Below are positions 18,710 to 29,033 of a DNA stretch of 64,000 nt, in pieces. The stretch covers positions 12,906 to 76,905 of the forward strand of contig CASDVE010000012.1 of the NCBI GenBank assembly GCA_949284175.1, written 5' to 3'. A program made the translations under genes and the position numbers. This stretch comes from an uncultured Eubacteriales bacterium (lineage in GTDB: Bacteria > Bacillota > Clostridia > Lachnospirales > Lachnospiraceae). Under the pieces are notes generated by a model. The model was not told the origin of the DNA. It worked only from the letters and a program-made list of their open reading frames with translations, and did not search any database. Each line of letters begins with the position of its first letter. The first letter of the stretch is position 1.

Positions 18710-19774
18710 TTATTGATACATTTTTATTATTATATTTTTTGATTCCATAAAACATTGTAGCAATGCAGGATTAAACTGTCCGCATTCCCCATTTAAAATC
18801 ATTTGCAATGCGGTTTCCTCCCCATACGCCTCTTTATAAACCCGTTTGCTCACAAGGGCATCGTATACATCTGCGAGGGATACAATTTGTGCCCAAATAG
18901 AAATTTCATCCCCTTTTAATCCATCAGGATACCCTCTTCCGTCCCAGCGTTCATGATGGTGACGACAAATATCATAGGCATATTGATAGATGTCACTGTC
19001 ACGGATTTCTGAAATACTATTGAGCAACTCACATCCTCGAATTGTATGAGTTTTCATCACTTCAAATTCTTCTTCTGTCAATCTTCCTGGCTTATTTAAG
19101 ATCTGATCAGAAATCGCAATTTTTCCTACATCGTGCATAACAGCAGCATCTTGAATCAATGAAAATTGATCTTTTGGAATGTCATACTGTGGATACATTT
19201 CACTTAATTTCTCTAAGAGAATGCCTGTTAATTTACGGATTCTTTGCACATGTTCTCCTGATTCACAATCTCGAAATTCAATGGCTGTTGATAATGTGTC
19301 AATAATAGAACTATTGAGCTTTTGAATTTTTTCTGCTTGCTCTTTTAATGCTTGTTCTTGAATTTCTACAATATGATTCAAATATTCTCTATTTTGATAT
19401 AATTCAATGACATTGCTAATCCGCTGTTCTAACATCTCTGGTATAAATGGTTTTCCAATAATATCAATAGCTCCCATCTCATACCCTCTATGCATGGCAT
19501 CCATAGAATCTTCTGCCGTAATCAAGAAGACTGGTATCTTTTTTAACAAATTTTCCTCTTTCAACACTTCCAATACGACATATCCATCCATAACTGGCAT
19601 GAGCAAGTCAAGAAGAACGGCTGCAATTTCATCTTCTCTCTCCCTTATAATATCCAATGCCTCTTGACCGTTTCTCGCTTCCACTGTGTGGTACTTTTTC
19701 CTGAACACTTCTATTAAAATTGCACGATTCATTTCCACATCGTCTACAATTAAAATCAGTTGCTTTTTGTTCAT
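18710..19774 (-). CDS. Response regulator with HD-GYP domain (c-di-GMP phosphodiesterase type)
   Basis: REC domain (ILIVDDVEMNR...DLLMPVMDG) followed by HD (MHDVGK) and HHERWDGRGYP motifs. Confidence 0.85.
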   Translation of the reverse strand: MNKKQLILIVDDVEMNRAILIEVFRKKYHTVEARNGQEALDIIREREDEIAAVLLDLLMPVMDGYVVLEVLKEENLLKKIPVFLITAEDSMDAMHRGYEMGAIDIIGKPFIPEMLEQRISNVIELYQNREYLNHIVEIQEQALKEQAEKIQKLNSSIIDTLSTAIEFRDCESGEHVQRIRKLTGILLEKLSEMYPQYDIPKDQFSLIQDAAVMHDVGKIAISDQILNKPGRLTEEEFEVMKTHTIRGCELLNSISEIRDSDIYQYAYDICRHHHERWDGRGYPDGLKGDEISIWAQIVSLADVYDALVSKRVYKEAYGEETALQMILNGECGQFNPALLQCFMESKNIIIKMYQ

Positions 19775-19986
19775 GCTCTTTCCTCACTCTCGTACATTCA
19801 CTACTTTTTCCATCTTTTATATGTATAAAACGCTCTCAGTACGCTCCTCACCTAAGAATACAGTTTCATACAAAGAATGTCAACCATCCTTTTTGACCTT
19901 CTTGATAAAAGATATAATAATTACTATTAAAATGATACGAGTTTTTTAGGAGGAAAAACAGCATTTTTTTATGGAATTTTACTTTC

Positions 19987-22227
19987 TTATAATTTTCTTC
20001 TTTTTAGTACTACCACAATCCCTATTATTAAGATAACAGCTGGTATAATATAAATAGAAGCAGTGGAAAGAACTTTTCGTGCAAATTCGGTATAAACTCC
20101 ATATTCTGTTGTGAGAGTCTTAGCACGAACAGAAACTTTACTCTCTTGATCGTTTAAATAATTCACTCCATTCATAAAGAAGTTCAAATTGCCATCAGCA
20201 CTCCAGTTATTCACCTGTTCTAACATGGCATTGCTACAAGTTGATACAATCATCTTTGGGTTTTCTTCTTTTTCCACTAATACAGAAAGAGCAAATGGAC
20301 CATCCTTGTCCTCTTTTGTCTTTTCTAATGTATCATCTTGTGTATCTTTTTTCATATAAGATTTTTCCGTAGAGTTTAAAAGCTCTGTCAAAGTGTAAGT
20401 TTTACTTTCTTTCGTTGTAATTCCTCCAGCAACTGGCATAACAACGTAAAGTTTTTGGTTCTGAAGTGGTGCAACAATATCTCCACTTCCATACTCTGGA
20501 AGTAAATACGTTGGTGCACCCTGCATATAATATCCTTGATCTTGTTCTACAACAACACCATCTTCAATGGTCATGCCATAGCTTTCTAAAAAGCTATAAA
20601 AATTGTCAAGCCGTCCTACCAATGGATCGACTGTCACATATAACTTACCATCCTTTTTATTGACATATTGTTTTATTTTCTTAATGGCATCCTCACTAAA
20701 ATCTTTTTGTGGAGCATTGATAATCAATGTTTTGGAATCCTTTGGTATCGTTTCTTCTGTCAATAAATTCAACTCTTTTAACTCATAATTATCTTTGGAA
20801 AGTTGGCTTACCAAATTGCTATCAAGCTCCGCTTCCCCATGTCCTGTCAATTGATAAATAACTGGAGTTTCTTCACTGGTTACATAATTGATCGCCTCTG
20901 TTACAACAGGTTCCATATTCAATGCACTGGTCTGAGAATAGGTCGTATAATCATAAGAGTATGTTACAAAATCGTTACTGCTTACATACTTGCCTTTCTC
21001 TTTACTTGTTACAACAACACTATCACTAACGGCGGTTTCTCCATCGGATAAATACTCTTTTGCATAATTTGGATATTGTTCTAAATCTTTGTATTGTAAC
21101 TTCACGTGATCCGAACTCTTTGCATACTGTTCTAAAATCTTTTGATATGTACTATTCGCCTTTGTTTTAGAACTTAGCATCGTAATCGTTACATCCTGAT
21201 CAAGGTTTTTCAAAATCTTCTTCGTCTGTTCTGAAATGCTGTATATCTGATCGCTTGTCACATCATAGGTGAGATTGGCTTTTGTAACAACTGTATTTAA
21301 AACAATGACAACCGCAAGAAGAATAACAACTGCCGTTGCAGACATAGCTCCTTTTTTTCCACTCTCCCTTTTAAAGGCTACTACGGATAGGAATAAAAAC
21401 ACAACAATAAAAGAACCATAATATACAATGGAAGAAAGATTTAAAATACCTCCTGTAAAGTCATTAAATCTCGCCATAACAGAAAACCATGCAACAATGC
21501 TGGCAACTCCATCTTCATATAGCTCTGGCTTTAACACATAGACAGCTAGGATTCCAACAAGACAAATCATAGCAATAATGCCTGTAATGATCTTGTTATT
21601 CGTTTTCACATAATAACACCATGCAATGACAATGGCTATGATGATAAGAAACACAATGGTATATCGTGGTCTGCTTGGAATATTTTGCACCGCATTCTCT
21701 GCAAGAAATGTAAAAAGCACTACCGCAAAACTAATGGCTGCCGAAATAACAGGATTTTCTGTAATGGAAGATACAAAAAGTCCAATGGCAATGAGAGCAG
21801 ATCCCATTAAGAAATATCCTAAAAACCCTGTAAACAGCTCTCTATAATTCATCGTTCCGAATAAGCCTGATATTATCGGAAATACTGCGGTTACAGCTAA
21901 CGCCATGAAAAACAAAGTTTCAACTGCAAAATACTTCCCTAGAATAATAGATGAAACTTTCACAGGAGAAGTGATTAAGAGCTGATCCGTCTTTTGCTTT
22001 TTTTCTTCTGCTATAAGACGCATTGTCAAAATCGGAACAACAATAATTAAAAGAATGACAATACTGGATAAAACATAATACCCATAATCCATCATGCCAT
22101 ATGTCAGACAATAATACGAATAATAAATACCACCAGCTGATATGAAGAATGCCATAAACACATAGGCGAGCATAGAGTGTAAATAGGATGTCAACTCTTT
22201 TTTATAGAGATTCCACATGGTCTTCAT
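19987..22227 (-). CDS. Fused ABC-2 type permease (GldF-like) and GldG-like auxiliary domain protein
   Basis: About 290 aa of N-terminal multi-TM ABC-2 permease, then a large extracytoplasmic domain, then a C-terminal TM anchor. It is translationally overlapped with the upstream ABC ATPase. Confidence 0.65.
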   Translation of the reverse strand: MKTMWNLYKKELTSYLHSMLAYVFMAFFISAGGIYYSYYCLTYGMMDYGYYVLSSIVILLIIVVPILTMRLIAEEKKQKTDQLLITSPVKVSSIILGKYFAVETLFFMALAVTAVFPIISGLFGTMNYRELFTGFLGYFLMGSALIAIGLFVSSITENPVISAAISFAVVLFTFLAENAVQNIPSRPRYTIVFLIIIAIVIAWCYYVKTNNKIITGIIAMICLVGILAVYVLKPELYEDGVASIVAWFSVMARFNDFTGGILNLSSIVYYGSFIVVFLFLSVVAFKRESGKKGAMSATAVVILLAVVIVLNTVVTKANLTYDVTSDQIYSISEQTKKILKNLDQDVTITMLSSKTKANSTYQKILEQYAKSSDHVKLQYKDLEQYPNYAKEYLSDGETAVSDSVVVTSKEKGKYVSSNDFVTYSYDYTTYSQTSALNMEPVVTEAINYVTSEETPVIYQLTGHGEAELDSNLVSQLSKDNYELKELNLLTEETIPKDSKTLIINAPQKDFSEDAIKKIKQYVNKKDGKLYVTVDPLVGRLDNFYSFLESYGMTIEDGVVVEQDQGYYMQGAPTYLLPEYGSGDIVAPLQNQKLYVVMPVAGGITTKESKTYTLTELLNSTEKSYMKKDTQDDTLEKTKEDKDGPFALSVLVEKEENPKMIVSTCSNAMLEQVNNWSADGNLNFFMNGVNYLNDQESKVSVRAKTLTTEYGVYTEFARKVLSTASIYIIPAVILIIGIVVVLKRRKL

Positions 22228-23272
22228 CCTCCTTTTCTTTTATTCCTCGTTTCTTTTTGTTTAAAACAGAAAACAATGGTTTTCTTTCACCACTTTTTTC
22301 ATTCTCCGTTTGCTCTGAGGAATCGGTATTTTGTAACTCCTCTTCCCCTGTTACCTTTAAAAACACCTCTTCAAGAGAAAGATTTTCATAGGTGAGCAAA
22401 TAAACAGGAAGCTCAAATTTTACCATATGAAAGAAGATATCTTTTCTCTTGTCCTCTTCTACACTCAACTGCCCTTTTATGTGGAAAATATGCTCTTCCT
22501 CTGTTTTTGTTATGGTAAAGGAACTGATCCATTGACACTCTTTTAATGCCGTATCAATTGCATCTTCTTCTCCCTCCACTTCCATTTGAAGCTCATTTTT
22601 TCCTGAAAAGGCTTTTGATAATCCTTCTGGTGTATCCTGTGCTACCACCCGTCCTTTATCAATAATAATAATGTGATCACAAATAGCACTTACTTCTGAT
22701 AGAATATGAGAACTTAAAATAACCGTATGTTCTTTTCCAAGCTGTTGAATCAGCTGTCGGATCTCAATAATCTGATTTGGATCAAGTCCTACTGTGGGCT
22801 CATCCAAAATGAGCACAGGAGGATTCCCAAGAAGTGCACTTGCAAATCCCACCCTTTGTCGATACCCTTTGGATAAATTTTTGATCAGTCGGTTTGTCTT
22901 ATCTTCAATACACACCGCCGTACAAACTCTCTCAATTTCCTCTTTTTGTTCTTTTTTAGTAATCTTTTTTAAGGATGATACAAACTTTAAATATTCCTCT
23001 ACTGTCATATCAACATATAGAGGCGGGATTTCTGGCAAATATCCAATCTGTCGTTTTACCTTGTCCGGCTCTTTTGCAATATCTGCCCCTGCAATCAAAA
23101 CAGTTCCCGAATCCGGTGTTAAATATCCCGTCATCATATTCATGGTTGTGGATTTACCAGCACCATTTGGTCCAAGAAGTCCAACGATCTGTCCTTCCTG
23201 CACTTGAAAGCTCACATCCTGCACGGCATGGTGATTGCCATAGCTCTTTGCCAAGTGTGTTACTTCAATCAT
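22202..23272 (-). CDS. ABC transporter ATP-binding protein with a charged C-terminal extension
   Basis: Walker A GPNGAGKST, signature LSKGYRQR, Walker B LILDEPTVGLD. A Glu/Lys-rich tail overlaps the permease start by 26 nt. Confidence 0.85.
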   Translation of the reverse strand: MIEVTHLAKSYGNHHAVQDVSFQVQEGQIVGLLGPNGAGKSTTMNMMTGYLTPDSGTVLIAGADIAKEPDKVKRQIGYLPEIPPLYVDMTVEEYLKFVSSLKKITKKEQKEEIERVCTAVCIEDKTNRLIKNLSKGYRQRVGFASALLGNPPVLILDEPTVGLDPNQIIEIRQLIQQLGKEHTVILSSHILSEVSAICDHIIIIDKGRVVAQDTPEGLSKAFSGKNELQMEVEGEEDAIDTALKECQWISSFTITKTEEEHIFHIKGQLSVEEDKRKDIFFHMVKFELPVYLLTYENLSLEEVFLKVTGEEELQNTDSSEQTENEKSGERKPLFSVLNKKKRGIKEKEDEDHVESL

Positions 23273-23366
23273 GTTTTCTCTCTCCTTTGCTTTTTGGTTC
23301 CACAGCTACCCCCTGATGTATCACCGCAGACAATCCCTTCTACTATATAAAAAAATTACGTCTAAA

Positions 23367-23403
23367 CTGTGAAAAAAATTAGTATTTCACATTTTTTTCA
23401 CAG
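23367..23403. promoter_or_regulatory. Perfect 13-bp inverted repeat (candidate operator) in the divergent intergenic region
   Basis: CTGTGAAAAAAAT (23367-23379) and ATTTTTTTCACAG (23391-23403). The ATTTCAC half-motif recurs at 23384-23390 and 23406-23412. Confidence 0.45.
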
Positions 23404-23440
23404 ACATTTCACATTTTCTCAAATTTTATGCGATTTTTAA

Positions 23441-23468
23441 TTGACTATGTAGAAAAATGGTGTATAAT
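23441..23468 (+). promoter_or_regulatory. Promoter of the XRE-cupin/pot operon (extended -10)
   Basis: TTGACT (23441-23446), 16-nt spacer, TGTATAAT (23461-23468). Confidence 0.6.
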
Positions 23469-23529
23469 AAGTCTGTTGGTTTAGAAAAACTAAACTTTCA
23501 GTTTATTTTTACTAAAAAGGAGGTAGGAA

Positions 23530-24069
23530 ATGGAAATCGGAACGAAACTAAAAGAGCTTCGCATTGGAAAAGGTCTTACCCAAGAAGAGCTTGCTGATCG
23601 CTGTGAATTATCAAAAGGATTTATTTCACAAGTGGAGCGTGATCTCACTTCTCCATCCATCTCCACTCTCATTGATATTTTACAGTGTCTTGGAACGGAT
23701 TTAAAAGATTTTTTTCAAGAAGAAGAAGATCGACAAGTCGTTTTTAAAAAAGAAGACTTCTTTGAAAAAACTGATGCTGAACTCAAAAATACCATTGAGT
23801 GGATTATTCCAAACGCACAAAAAAATAATATGGAACCAATTCTTCTTACACTGGCCCCCGGCGGTTCCACCTATATTGATGCCCCCCATGAGGGTGAAGA
23901 ATTTGGTTATGTTTTAAAAGGAAGTATTACGATCCATTTAGGATCAAAGCAATATAAAGCATCAAAAGGGGAAACCTTTTACTATACAGCGAACAAACAG
24001 CATTACCTGACTTGTTCTGGAAAAAATGGGGCAAAAATCCTCTGGGTAAGCACCCCGCCTAATTTTTAA
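23530..24069 (+). CDS. XRE-family HTH regulator with C-terminal cupin domain
   Basis: N-terminal LKELRIGKGLTQEELADRCELSKGFISQVER HTH. C-terminal cupin (GEEFGYVLKGSITIHLG). Confidence 0.8.
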   Translation: MEIGTKLKELRIGKGLTQEELADRCELSKGFISQVERDLTSPSISTLIDILQCLGTDLKDFFQEEEDRQVVFKKEDFFEKTDAELKNTIEWIIPNAQKNNMEPILLTLAPGGSTYIDAPHEGEEFGYVLKGSITIHLGSKQYKASKGETFYYTANKQHYLTCSGKNGAKILWVSTPPNF

Positions 24070-24090
24070 AAACTTGGAGGTTTATTTACA

Positions 24091-25167
24091 ATGGAAAATA
24101 ATAAATTAATTGATTTCGTGAATATTAGCAAGTCCTATGATGGCAACTTAATTCTCGATGATCTCAATCTCTATATCCGAGAAAACGAATTTTTAACACT
24201 GCTTGGACCAAGTGGTTGTGGTAAAACAACAACATTACGCATTCTTGGTGGGTTTGAATCTCCAGATGTTGGTCGTGTTATTTTTGACAGGAAAGACATT
24301 ACAAACACCCCTCCAAATCATCGACAATTAAATACTGTTTTCCAAAAATACGCACTATTTTCTCATATGACAATCGCAGAAAATATCGCTTTTGGTTTAA
24401 AAATTAAAAAGAAAAGTAAAGCGTATATTCAAGATAAAATTAATTACGCTTTAAAACTCGTGAACTTAGATGGATATGGAAACCGTTATCCAAACTCTTT
24501 AAGTGGTGGTCAACAACAGCGTATTGCGATTGCTAGAGCCATCGTCAATGAACCAAAAGTTTTACTGCTTGATGAACCTCTTGGAGCATTGGATTTAAAA
24601 CTTCGTCAAGATATGCAGTACGAGTTAGTCCGTTTAAAAAATGAACTCGGCATCACCTTTGTTTATGTCACCCACGATCAAGAAGAGGCTTTAACTATGT
24701 CTGATACCATTGTGGTTATGAACCAAGGTTATATTCAGCAGATCGGTTCTCCTGAACGAATCTACAATGAACCTGAAAATGCCTTTGTTGCCGATTTTAT
24801 TGGGGACAGCAATATTATTCCAGGCATTATGATCGAAGATCGCATGGTGGAAATTTTAGGTGCTCGTTTTGAATGTGTTGACGAAGGGTTTGGCAAAAAT
24901 AAGCCAGTGGATGTTGTCATCCGCCCAGAAGATGTGGATCTCGTATCCCCAGAAGAAGGAACCATTCAAGGAACGGTCACTTCTTTAATATTCAAAGGTG
25001 TTCATTATGAAATGGATGTTATGGCAAATGGCTACGAATGGCTTGTCCACAGTACGGATTTGGTTCCTGTGGGACAAAAAGTCGGAATTAAAGTCGTTCC
25101 ATTTGATATTCAGATTATGAACAAACCTGCATCTGAAGATGAGGAGGCTGTGACAATCAATGAATAA
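24091..25167 (+). CDS. potA: Spermidine/putrescine ABC transporter ATP-binding protein
   Basis: Walker [29 protein letters not shown] and a C-terminal TOBE-like domain. Confidence 0.85.
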   Translation: MENNKLIDFVNISKSYDGNLILDDLNLYIRENEFLTLLGPSGCGKTTTLRILGGFESPDVGRVIFDRKDITNTPPNHRQLNTVFQKYALFSHMTIAENIAFGLKIKKKSKAYIQDKINYALKLVNLDGYGNRYPNSLSGGQQQRIAIARAIVNEPKVLLLDEPLGALDLKLRQDMQYELVRLKNELGITFVYVTHDQEEALTMSDTIVVMNQGYIQQIGSPERIYNEPENAFVADFIGDSNIIPGIMIEDRMVEILGARFECVDEGFGKNKPVDVVIRPEDVDLVSPEEGTIQGTVTSLIFKGVHYEMDVMANGYEWLVHSTDLVPVGQKVGIKVVPFDIQIMNKPASEDEEAVTINE

Positions 25168-25978
25168 GAAAAAATGGCTGGCAACTCCATATTTTATCTG
25201 GTCACTAGCATTTATTCTTATTCCTCTTGGAATCATTGTGTACTATGGATTTACAGATAAAAATGGAGTTTTCACACTCTATAATGTTATGCAGATCACA
25301 AGACCTGAAAATGCAAAAGCATTGGGGCTTGCTCTTTTACTCTCCATTATTGCAACGATTATTTGTCTTATTCTTGCCTACCCACTGGCAATGATTTTAA
25401 CCAGTATGAATGTCAATCAGACAAGTTTTATCGTACTGATTTTTATTCTTCCAATGTGGATGAACTTTTTATTAAGAACCTTAGCATGGCAAACATTGCT
25501 TGAAAAAACTGGTGTTATCAACAGCATTTTAAACGCACTTCACTTGCCATCGTTAAATATTATTAATACACCATACGCCATTATTTTAGGTATGGTATAC
25601 AATTTTTTACCTTTTATGGTGTTGCCAATTTATAATGTACTATTAAAACTGGATAAGGATGTTGTGAACGCATCAAGAGATTTAGGAGCCAACGAATTTC
25701 AAACCTTTATAAAAGTTATTTTTCCTCTCAGTATGCCAGGGGTCATCAGTGGAATTATGATGGTATTTATTCCATCTCTTACCACTTTCGTTATCTCCAC
25801 TATGCTTGGCGGAAGTAAAATTCTTTTAATTGGTAATGTCATTGAACAAGAATTTACCCAAGGAAGTAACTGGCATGTTGGTTCTGGTCTGTCCTTAGTC
25901 TTAATGGTATTTATTTTATTAAGTATGATTGTTATGTTCAAATACGATAAAGAAGGAGAAGGAGGTGCTTTACTGTGA
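25160..25978 (+). CDS. potB: Spermidine/putrescine ABC transporter permease
   Basis: Six-TM BPD-type permease with EAA-like loop [19 protein letters not shown]. Confidence 0.8.
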   Translation: MNKKKWLATPYFIWSLAFILIPLGIIVYYGFTDKNGVFTLYNVMQITRPENAKALGLALLLSIIATIICLILAYPLAMILTSMNVNQTSFIVLIFILPMWMNFLLRTLAWQTLLEKTGVINSILNALHLPSLNIINTPYAIILGMVYNFLPFMVLPIYNVLLKLDKDVVNASRDLGANEFQTFIKVIFPLSMPGVISGIMMVFIPSLTTFVISTMLGGSKILLIGNVIEQEFTQGSNWHVGSGLSLVLMVFILLSMIVMFKYDKEGEGGALL

Positions 25979-27870
25979 AAAATTTTATCAAACGATTTTA
26001 TCTTCTTCTCATTTTCATATTGCTTTATGCCCCAATTATCACCCTTGTTGTTTTATCTTTTAACAACTCAAAAACTCGTGCAAAATGGGGTGGTTTTACA
26101 ACAAAATGGTATCATGAATTATTTCAAAATGAGCAGATTTTAAATGCACTTTCCAATACCTTATTGATCGCACTTCTCTCTGCACTGATTGCCACAATTA
26201 TCGGTACCATAGCCGCTATTGGCATTCAAAATATGAAAAGCAAAGGGCGTTCTGTTATGCTCGGAATCAACAACATTCCAATGATGAACTCCGAAATCGT
26301 AACTGGTATCTCCCTCATGCTTTTATTTATCGCAGTGGGAAATATTTATGGAAAAATGTCAGGAAATAACGCAGTAAGTCTGTTTGGCTTTATCACAATT
26401 TTGCTTGCTCATATCACATTTAACATTCCTTATGTGGTGTTAAGTGTTATGCCAAAATTGCGTCAAGTGAATCCAAACACCTATGAAGCCGCTTTAGATC
26501 TTGGAGCCTCTCCAATCTATGCGTATTTTAAAGTTATCATTCCTGATATTTTACCAGGGATTTTATCTGGTTTCTTATTATCTTTTACATTATCGCTTGA
26601 TGACTTTGTTATCACGCACTTTACAAAGGGAGCTGGCGTGGATACCCTTTCTACCAAGATCTACACCGAAGTAAAAAAAGGAATTAAACCAGAGATGTAT
26701 GCCCTTTCCACTTTAATGTTTGGTACCGTACTTTTACTTTTACTCATTGTAAACTATGCTCCTAAGAAAAAAGAAAATGCAGATGGACTTAGTTTTTCTA
26801 AAGTTGGAGAGTTCAAAAAAGTCATTGCTGTTGCCATGGTATTTGTTATTTTCCTCGGTGGATTTTACGCTTTTCGTGGAAACAGTTCTCTAAACACAGA
26901 ACAAGTCATCGTATACAACTGGGGAGAATATATCGACCCAGAAGTTCTTGAGCAATTTACAGAAGAAACGGGTATTCAAGTTGTTTATGATGAATTTGAA
27001 ACCAATGAAACCATGTATCCAAAAGTGGAAGCTGGTGCCGTTGCTTATGATCTGGTCTGTCCATCCGACTATATGATTAAGCGTATGCTCGATAACGATC
27101 TTCTTGCAAAGATCAACTTTGACAACGTTCCAAATATTAAGTACATCGGACAAACCTATTTAGACCAATCAAAAGAGTTCGATCCAACAAATGAATACTC
27201 CATTCCTTATACTTGGGGAACAGTTGGTATCCTTTATAATAAAAAGATGGTAAAAGAACCTGTGGATAGTTGGTCTATTTTATGGGATCCACAATATAAA
27301 GATCAAATTTTAATGCAAGATAGTGTTCGTGATGCTTTTGCCGTTGCCTTAAAATCTTTAGGATACTCTTTAAATTCTACGAACCGCACAGAATTAGAGC
27401 AGGCAAGAGATCTCTTAATCGAACAAAAACCACTTGTTCAAGCCTATGTTATTGACCAAGTTCGCGATAAGATGATCGGGAATGAAGCAGCACTGGGTGT
27501 TATTTACTCCGGTGAAGCCATTTATACCCAAAGAGAAAATCCGGATTTAGAATATGTGATTCCAAAAGAAGGTTCTAATATCTGGTTCGACTCTTGGGTC
27601 ATCCCAAAAAATGCACCAAATAAAGAGAATGCTGAAAAGTTTTTAAACTTCTTATGCAGACCTGATATTGCTCTTAAAAACTTCGAATACATTACGTACT
27701 CCACTCCAAATGAAGGAGCAAGGGAACTCATTGAAGATGAAGATATTAGAAATAGTACTATCGCGTTCCCTGATGTATCCGCTCTTAAAAACTGTGAAAC
27801 ATTCCAGTTCTTAGGTGATGATGTGGATGCTATGTACAATGAGCTATGGAGAGAAGTAAAATCAAAATAG
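25975..27870 (+). CDS. Fused PotC-like permease and PotD-like polyamine-binding protein
   Basis: Residues about 1-260 are a permease (EAALDLGASPIYAYFKVIIP). An extra TM helix follows (VIAVAMVFVIFLGGFYAF). The rest is a PotD-type periplasmic binding domain (VYNWGEYIDPEVLEQFTEETGIQVVYDEFETNE...). Confidence 0.8.
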   Translation: MKNFIKRFYLLLIFILLYAPIITLVVLSFNNSKTRAKWGGFTTKWYHELFQNEQILNALSNTLLIALLSALIATIIGTIAAIGIQNMKSKGRSVMLGINNIPMMNSEIVTGISLMLLFIAVGNIYGKMSGNNAVSLFGFITILLAHITFNIPYVVLSVMPKLRQVNPNTYEAALDLGASPIYAYFKVIIPDILPGILSGFLLSFTLSLDDFVITHFTKGAGVDTLSTKIYTEVKKGIKPEMYALSTLMFGTVLLLLLIVNYAPKKKENADGLSFSKVGEFKKVIAVAMVFVIFLGGFYAFRGNSSLNTEQVIVYNWGEYIDPEVLEQFTEETGIQVVYDEFETNETMYPKVEAGAVAYDLVCPSDYMIKRMLDNDLLAKINFDNVPNIKYIGQTYLDQSKEFDPTNEYSIPYTWGTVGILYNKKMVKEPVDSWSILWDPQYKDQILMQDSVRDAFAVALKSLGYSLNSTNRTELEQARDLLIEQKPLVQAYVIDQVRDKMIGNEAALGVIYSGEAIYTQRENPDLEYVIPKEGSNIWFDSWVIPKNAPNKENAEKFLNFLCRPDIALKNFEYITYSTPNEGARELIEDEDIRNSTIAFPDVSALKNCETFQFLGDDVDAMYNELWREVKSK

Positions 27871-27872
27871 AA

Positions 27873-27912
27873 AAAAGCTGACTTTCTTTCATTGAAAAGT
27901 CAGCTTTTTTCT
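27873..27912 (+). terminator. pot operon terminator
   Basis: AAGCTGACTTT / AAAGTCAGCTT stem followed by a T-tract. Confidence 0.8.
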
Positions 27913-27976
27913 TCTTTTTCTTTTTATTTCATGCTACAATAAAGAAACAGAAAAAAACAAAAAAAGAGGTGCTAGC

Positions 27977-29011
27977 ATGTACAGTTTTAAAAATGATTAT
28001 AGTGAAAATGCCCATCCATCCATTTTGCAGAAACTAATGGATATGGGAATGGAACAAAATAACGGATATGGAATGGATGCTCATTGTGAGCGAGCAAAAC
28101 AACTCATCCAGACTTATATTCAATGTGAGGAAGCATCCATTCACTTTCTTCCAGGTGGAACTATTACGAACTTAACGGCGATTTCTCATATCTTAAAACC
28201 ATATGAAGCTGTTATTTCTTCTAATACAGGGCATATTAATATTCATGAGTGTGGTGCAATTGAGGCAACAGGACACAAAGTTCTCACTCCTCCTTCTGAT
28301 GATGGAAAATTAACTCCGGAACTCATCGCTCCTATTCTCGATGCCCATGAGGATGAATTTTTTGTCCATCCAGCTTGTGTTTACATCTCCAATCCAACAG
28401 AGGTGGGAACTATTTATACCAAATCAGAACTAGAACGTCTTTACACCTATTGTAAAGAACACGATCTCCTTCTATTTCTCGATGGAGCAAGACTTCCTAT
28501 GGCACTTGGTGCACCTGAATGCCAACTGGAAATGAAAGATTTTAAAGATCTTACCGACATCTTATTCATCGGTGGTACAAAGGTAGGGGCTCTCTTTGGG
28601 GAAGCCTTAGTGATCTTTAGAAAAGAGTTACAAGCTCGCTTCCGCTTTAGCATGAAACGCAGTGGTTCTATGCTAGCAAAGGGCTGGTTACTAGGTGTAC
28701 AATTTGAACAGCTTTTTTCTGATGGACTTTATTTTGAACTTGGAAAACACGCGGATCGCACGGCAATGCTTTTAAAGAAAGGCATGGCAGAAGCTGGTAT
28801 CTCCTTCTTAACAGATTCTCCAACTAACCAGCAGTTTCCAATTCTTCCAAATAAACTAAAAGCACGTATTGAAGAAAAATACAGTATTTCTGATTGGTCA
28901 AAACCGGATGAAGACCACACTTGTGTCCGCTTTTGTACTTCTTGGGCAACAAAGGAAGAAGATGTCCTTTTATTCCTTGAAGATTTGAAACAAATGATCG
29001 CTTCTTTATAA
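27977..29011 (+). CDS. PLP-dependent threonine aldolase / beta-eliminating lyase family protein
   Basis: 344 aa. N-terminal FKNDYSENAHPSIL...GYGMD pattern and a GGTK lysine motif, as is typical of low-specificity threonine aldolases. Confidence 0.65.
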   Translation: MYSFKNDYSENAHPSILQKLMDMGMEQNNGYGMDAHCERAKQLIQTYIQCEEASIHFLPGGTITNLTAISHILKPYEAVISSNTGHINIHECGAIEATGHKVLTPPSDDGKLTPELIAPILDAHEDEFFVHPACVYISNPTEVGTIYTKSELERLYTYCKEHDLLLFLDGARLPMALGAPECQLEMKDFKDLTDILFIGGTKVGALFGEALVIFRKELQARFRFSMKRSGSMLAKGWLLGVQFEQLFSDGLYFELGKHADRTAMLLKKGMAEAGISFLTDSPTNQQFPILPNKLKARIEEKYSISDWSKPDEDHTCVRFCTSWATKEEDVLLFLEDLKQMIASL

Positions 29012-29033
29012 TACGATCAGAAAGGATGAAATC

